Positions 59,919 through 64,000 of a DNA stretch of 64,000 nucleotides are shown here, piece after piece. The position numbers and the translations under genes were made by a program. The stretch lies in assembly GCA_000092065.1 (NCBI GenBank), contig CP000597.1; one strand, given 5' to 3'. Every line of letters starts with the position of its first letter. The stretch's first letter is position 1. This DNA is from Ostreococcus lucimarinus. Taxonomy: Eukaryota. The notes beneath the pieces are model-generated. The model saw nothing but the letters and a program-made list of their open reading frames with translations. It did no database searches and was not told the DNA's origin.

Positions 59919-61184
59919 ATGACGTCACCGCCCCGCCCGACGATCCAACCGCCGACGTCACGCCGCGCCGCACTCGCGCGCGCGAACGAACGCCGACGCG
60001 ACGAACGACGTGAGCGAACGACGCGAGCGATGGAAGAGTTCACGTCCGCGTTAATCTACGCCCCCGCCAAGGCGTTCGGCGACGGCGACGCCGCGCGCGA
60101 CGTGCGCGCGCGCGTGCGATGCGCGCGCGCGATGCACGCGACGTCATCGTCCGCGGTGACGATCGCGGACGGCGTCGCGAACGGCGCGGCGATGAGCGCC
60201 GGAACGACGCCGCGGACGAAGGCGAAAGTGAACGCGCGCGACGCGCGACGCGTCGTGCGATGCGCGGCGGTCGGGGACTGGATCGTCGCGGCGAGCGGGA
60301 CGGACGCGCGCGCCGTCGGGACGACGCTGGCGGAGGCGCGCGCGAGCGCGGAGGGCGGCGCGGCGCGCGTGGAGGCGATTCGAGACGCGCTTCGACGGGT
60401 GACGACGAAGGAAACGACGACGCCGTTTGCGGTGATCGCGTTCGACGGCGCGACGAAGCGCGGATTCGCGGTGAGACACAAGGACGGGCTTCGGACGAGG
60501 TACGGGCACGACGAGCGAGGCGCGCTCGTGCTCGCGCTCGGGGACGACTTTGAGAACGGCGATGCGTTGGAAGAGCTGTGCGCGGGGAGATTCATCTTCG
60601 GACACGGCTACGTCAAGCCGATGGAGTACGGGGCGTTCTGGAAGAGCGCCAAGAGCACTCGCGCGGGGTCGCCCGCCAAGGCGGCGCACGGCGAGGCGAG
60701 ATCCGTCCCGCGCTCGCCTCTGGGCGTCGTCAAGACGAACGCGCCGCGCGCGGAAGCGAGCGCGCGCGCCTCTTCGCCGAACGCGTACGTGCCGCCGGCG
60801 CGTCGCGCGGCTTTGGCTGAAGAAAAGAGACGAGAGGAGGAAGCGCGCAGAAAGAGCGAAGCCGTCGATCGGGCGCTCGCGGAAACCCTGCAAAACCAAG
60901 AGCGCGTGGCGTCGGCGCTCGGCGGTGCGCTCGCGAGCGCGCTCATGAAGGCGGTGTCTCGCGCGAGCTTCTCCAAGGACGAGAGCATGAACGAAGTCTC
61001 TCGATTCCACGCCGCTCGATTGAGCCGCCAAAACATCGAGGCGGCGTCGAGCTTCTACGCTCCCGCCGCGCCGGCGTCGACCGCGCCGCGAGTCGCCTCG
61101 CGAGCGTCCATCGACTCCTGCGCTCGTCTCTCCATCGAAAGCCATCGCGAATCGATGGAATTCCTCCGTCGCGCCGCGTGCTGA
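59919..61184 (+). CDS. hypothetical protein
   Basis: 1.27 kb ORF with good third-position bias in its central part (...PFAVIAFDGATKRGFAVRHKDGLRTRYGHDERGALVLALGDDFENGDALEELCAGRFIFGHGYVKPMEYGAFW...). No family recognised. Confidence 0.45.
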   Translation: MTSPPRPTIQPPTSRRAALARANERRRDERRERTTRAMEEFTSALIYAPAKAFGDGDAARDVRARVRCARAMHATSSSAVTIADGVANGAAMSAGTTPRTKAKVNARDARRVVRCAAVGDWIVAASGTDARAVGTTLAEARASAEGGAARVEAIRDALRRVTTKETTTPFAVIAFDGATKRGFAVRHKDGLRTRYGHDERGALVLALGDDFENGDALEELCAGRFIFGHGYVKPMEYGAFWKSAKSTRAGSPAKAAHGEARSVPRSPLGVVKTNAPRAEASARASSPNAYVPPARRAALAEEKRREEEARRKSEAVDRALAETLQNQERVASALGGALASALMKAVSRASFSKDESMNEVSRFHAARLSRQNIEAASSFYAPAAPASTAPRVASRASIDSCARLSIESHRESMEFLRRAAC

Positions 61185-61262
61185 GACGCGTCGCCGCTAC
61201 GATTTAAACGCCGCCGCCGCTTTGTAACAACACGATTCTGCATTTACTATTACTACGCTCTA

Positions 61263-62771
61263 CTACTGCCCCAAGTGCACGCGCGTCGGGGCGACGTCGC
61301 CCTCGATTCGAAACGTCGTGTACTGCCGGAGTTGACGCAAGAAGTCCTCGCTCGCCTCGGGCGACGGCGAAGGCACGCGCGCGCGATCGCGAGCTCTCAC
61401 CTCGCCGATGTAAAACTCTTTCAGGTACAAGAACGACTCGCGGCTGGAGTGATACATCTCGAAATGTCGCGCGGCGTCCATGTCGAGCGATTGTTTTGGG
61501 ATGATGGTGTCCCCACCCGGGTGCTCGTTCAACCATCGCTTGACGTCCAAGACCATTCCGTCGATGACGAGCCAGACGCCTCCCGCGGCGTTGTGCGCGA
61601 CGACTTCGTCCCAATCGTACTCGCGTATCCTCGAACCGTACGCCCCGAGCTTTTCGGCGCAGTATTCTTCGAGCGAACGGCATTCTAAAACCTCGGCCGC
61701 GCGCGCGAGCGCTTCGGTGACGCGAATGTCGAACGCGGGCGGAGGTTGCCCGGTGGCCGCTCGCTCGAGGAAAATCAACGCTCGATCGAAGACGTCGGTG
61801 TCGATGTCGACATCCGCGCTCACGAATTCATCGGCGTCGTCCTCGCCGAGCTCTCCCGCGCGTCGAACCGCGGACGTCAACGCTATGCACTGCCGAAGCA
61901 GACGCCTATTCACCGGAAACGTCTCGCCGTCTTTGGTGCGCACCTCGATCACTTCGCGCCGAGCCAATCGCACCGAGCGCGCTTTGCCTTCATTATTCGC
62001 GATTCTCAACGAATTTTCGTCGCTCGAGCGCACGTAGAACGTCGTCTCAGCGTTTACGCGCGCGCGAAAGCAGTGATAGCCCAACGTCGCCGCTTCCTCT
62101 TCGCACGTCTTTGAGTTGACGTCGGCGACGCGCGCTCGATACGTCGACCCGTCGATGTCGAGCACGAACACCTCGGACGTCGTCAACACGCGACCGAGCT
62201 CTCCGAAGTGCGCCCTCATCGCGCGTCTCGCGACCTCGCTCTCGATTTCTCGCTCGTCGTCGTCGTCGTCGTCGTCGTCTCGAACGCGCGAGAGCTCCAT
62301 CGCGACGTCCACCGCGTCGTCCACCTCGCTCGCCTCCACCGCCTCGAATTCCGCGTCGTTATCCAGCGCCAGTCGCATGTTGTGCCGCATCGCTCGTGTC
62401 ATCGCCACGCATCCCACCGGGACGTCTCGCGACGGTTCGAATCGCACCGTCGACCCGCCCAACGCGGCGCCTCGTCTCGCGAACCGCCGAAGCGCGTCGT
62501 CTCGCGTCGCCGTCTCGCGCAGCCCTTCGTGCACGCGCGCCGCGCTCGACGTCGACGTCGCGTCGTCCGCGTCGTCATCGCTCGCGATCACTCGCAATCG
62601 CGCGCCTCGTCGCGCGTCGTCCGCGCGCGCGCCGGTCGCGTCGTCGTACCGCACGCGGTCGCCGAAACTCACGAATCGATCGCTCGCGGTCGGTTTTTCG
62701 TCATCCAGGGCGCGTCGGGAGACGCCCGCGGTCAGCGTGTTCGGCCCGCGCGGGAGTTTGAAGTTTACCAT
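61263..62771 (-). CDS. protein with a C-terminal cytochrome b5-like heme-binding domain and a central BTB/Skp1-like segment
   Basis: EYDWDEVVAHNAAGGVWLVIDGMVLDVKRWLNEHPGGDTIIPKQSLDMDAARHFEMYHSS carries the cyt-b5 HPGG motif. IEVRTKDGETFPVNRRLLRQCIALTSAV...DVFDRALIFLE resembles a Skp1/BTB fold. Confidence 0.6.
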   Translation of the reverse strand: MVNFKLPRGPNTLTAGVSRRALDDEKPTASDRFVSFGDRVRYDDATGARADDARRGARLRVIASDDDADDATSTSSAARVHEGLRETATRDDALRRFARRGAALGGSTVRFEPSRDVPVGCVAMTRAMRHNMRLALDNDAEFEAVEASEVDDAVDVAMELSRVRDDDDDDDDEREIESEVARRAMRAHFGELGRVLTTSEVFVLDIDGSTYRARVADVNSKTCEEEAATLGYHCFRARVNAETTFYVRSSDENSLRIANNEGKARSVRLARREVIEVRTKDGETFPVNRRLLRQCIALTSAVRRAGELGEDDADEFVSADVDIDTDVFDRALIFLERAATGQPPPAFDIRVTEALARAAEVLECRSLEEYCAEKLGAYGSRIREYDWDEVVAHNAAGGVWLVIDGMVLDVKRWLNEHPGGDTIIPKQSLDMDAARHFEMYHSSRESFLYLKEFYIGEVRARDRARVPSPSPEASEDFLRQLRQYTTFRIEGDVAPTRVHLGQ

Positions 62772-62873
62772 CGCCGGAAACCGACGACGGCGACGAGACG
62801 ACGCGATGCGGAGTGACGATTACAATCGCGTCGCGGCGAGCGCTCGCGGCGCGTCAACCGACGCCGAGGCGCG

Positions 62874-63452
62874 TCACGGAATCAATCCGCGTCGATCGTG
62901 CAGACCGACCATCGCGGCGCACGATTTCGCGTAAACGTCGTCGAACGACGCCGCGATGTCCGCGTTCAAGGTCTCGGCGCGTCTGACGCGCCTCGACGGC
63001 GCGGCGCCGCCGCCGCCCGCGCGTCGAGCGCGGCGGCGCGCGGCGTCCAGATACCCGACGGACACGCGCGCGTGCGCCGCCTCCGCGCTCGCGGGATCGG
63101 CGTGCGCGCGCCGGAAAAACGTCGTCGCCATCGCGCACCTGGCCGTGAACTCGCGAACCTCCCTTTCGTCGTCGCCTTCGCCTCGGCCGTCGCCTCGGTC
63201 GTCCCGCTCGACCGCGCTCGACCGCGCGAGCTCGACGACGCGATCGAGCAGCACCGCGCGCGCGCGCGCGGTGATGGGCGCGATCGACGACGCCGCGTCC
63301 GCCGTCGCCGTCGTCGTCGTCGTCGCCGTCTCGTCCGCCGTCTCGTCCGCCGTCGCCGGTCGTCCCATCACCGCGCGCAGGACGGCGCGATACGACGCGC
63401 GCGCGAGCGCGACGGACGCGCGCGACGCCCTCGGCGCGCGCGCGAGCGGCAT
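62874..63452 (-). CDS. possible small organelle-targeted protein (192 aa, MPLARAPRASRASVALARASYRAVLRAV..., LYR-like motif?)
   Basis: ORF-track ORF with clear G/C third-position bias at its 3' end (...ETLNADIAASFDDVYAKSCAAMVGLHDRRGLIP) and less Arg than the surrounding antisense ORFs. Weak. Confidence 0.3.
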   Translation of the reverse strand: MPLARAPRASRASVALARASYRAVLRAVMGRPATADETADETATTTTTATADAASSIAPITARARAVLLDRVVELARSSAVERDDRGDGRGEGDDEREVREFTARCAMATTFFRRAHADPASAEAAHARVSVGYLDAARRRARRAGGGGAAPSRRVRRAETLNADIAASFDDVYAKSCAAMVGLHDRRGLIP

Positions 63453-63570
63453 CGACGCGTCGGCGTCGATCTACGACGGCATCGAGCCCGCGATCCGCGA
63501 TCGATCGTCGACGACGCGCGCGCGTGTGCGGCGAATCGGCGCGGCGCGGCGTCACTCGACGTCGCGCGCG

Positions 63571-64000
63571 ATGGCGCGCGACGACGACGACGACGGCGAC
63601 GTCGACGCGACGCGCGCGAACGCGCCGAACGTCGACGCCGACGCGCGCGCCGGCGACGGGGCGACGGAGGCGGACGCGGCGCGCGAGCGCGAGGAAAGAC
63701 GGCGCGCGTCGACGAGACGTTGGTTGGATTTCGTGCACTCGAAGGCGTTCAGAGATGAAGTGAGCGACGTGTTCGCGCGCGCGAGTGCGGTGCACAGAGA
63801 CGACGGCGTGATGGATTGCACGGAATTGCAGTTCGCGATCGATTTGCTGCACGAACGATTGCGCGAGAAAGGGGCGAACGGGCACGCGATGCCGAGGGGA
63901 CCGCGAGCGGGACGGCGCGAGGCGCGCGAGCTCTTGCGCGACTTTGATTTGGACAGAGACGGCGCGCTGGACGAGCGAGAGTTTCACTTGTTGTGTCAAA
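63571..64000 (+). CDS. partial gene (continues beyond window end): acidic N-terminus then EF-hand calcium-binding motif(s)
   Basis: Manual translation from ATG 63571 is open to 64000: MARDDDDDGDVD...WLDFVHSKAFRDEVSDVFARASAVHRDDGVMDCTELQFAIDLLHERLREKGANG...ELLRDFDLDRDGALDEREFHLLCQ. DFDLDRDGALDEREF is a canonical EF-hand loop. Not in the ORF track because there is no stop. Confidence 0.5.
   Translation, partial: MARDDDDDGDVDATRANAPNVDADARAGDGATEADAAREREERRRASTRRWLDFVHSKAFRDEVSDVFARASAVHRDDGVMDCTELQFAIDLLHERLREKGANGHAMPRGPRAGRREARELLRDFDLDRDGALDEREFHLLCQ

Noticed and set aside
1-64000. Prokaryotic operon or accessory-island interpretation (gene density, few introns)
   Set aside because: Canonical GT-AG introns interrupt conserved domains in at least five genes. 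The proteins are eukaryote-specific (cyclin D, TRAPPC5, JMJD6, AAGAB, DYRK, WW domain, homeobox, SLC25 carrier). Nuclear rbcS carries a transit peptide. There are no Shine-Dalgarno-like spacing patterns.
1-64000. tRNA, rRNA or snRNA genes
   Set aside because: By-eye scan of the AT-richer intergenic segments found no cloverleaf-compatible sequence with a GGTTCGAATCC-type T-loop and no rRNA-like blocks. A tRNAscan-SE/Infernal run would be needed to exclude small RNAs definitively.

Overview
This window reads as high-GC (roughly two-thirds G+C), gene-dense eukaryotic nuclear DNA rather than a prokaryotic locus. Long open reading frames with strong G/C bias at codon third positions sit on both strands, and a few genes carry short GT-AG spliceosomal introns (a D-type cyclin, a PiT phosphate transporter, three rbcS copies). 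Neighbouring genes are often only tens to a few hundred bp apart. I support about 45 protein-coding genes. They include cyclin D, a RAD51 paralog, TRAPPC5, plant-type heme oxygenase, a 1500-aa DEAH-box helicase, an SLC25A39-like carrier, JMJD6, an RlmL-like methyltransferase, a CPP1-like J-domain protein, a D-cysteine desulfhydrase-family enzyme, organellar ribosomal protein S21, a DYRK kinase, a PatB/MalY C-S lyase, a homeobox protein, AAGAB, SelO, a protein with two WW domains, THUMPD1, coproporphyrinogen oxidase, PrpD/MmgE, three rbcS copies, a PiT transporter, a cytochrome-b5-domain protein and others. The composition, nuclear rbcS with a transit peptide, TGTAA-like motifs after stop codons and the plastid-related gene set point to a green alga. 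A Mamiellophyceae-type picoalga (Micromonas/Ostreococcus-like) fits best, but this is inference from sequence only. The most notable observations are: (1) a SelO gene whose ORF ends at a TGA that is followed by two sense codons, a TAA and a good SECIS-like hairpin about 100 nt downstream, so it is probably a selenoprotein; (2) three near-identical rbcS genes arranged as one inverted pair plus one tandem copy, each with a phase-2 intron at the same codon but with unrelated intron sequences, which suggests concerted evolution; (3) a motif CCGAATGTCCGAA(C/T) found four times on the + strand 100-300 bp upstream of + strand genes, twice inside a ~70-bp repeat that flanks the phosphate transporter; (4) several strongly G/C-third-position-biased ORFs missed by the ORF track because they are partial or spliced. 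Many long Arg/Ala/Pro-rich ORFs in the supplied track are antisense or out-of-frame artefacts of the GC-rich, stop-poor composition. I found no rRNA, tRNA, CRISPR array or transposon.
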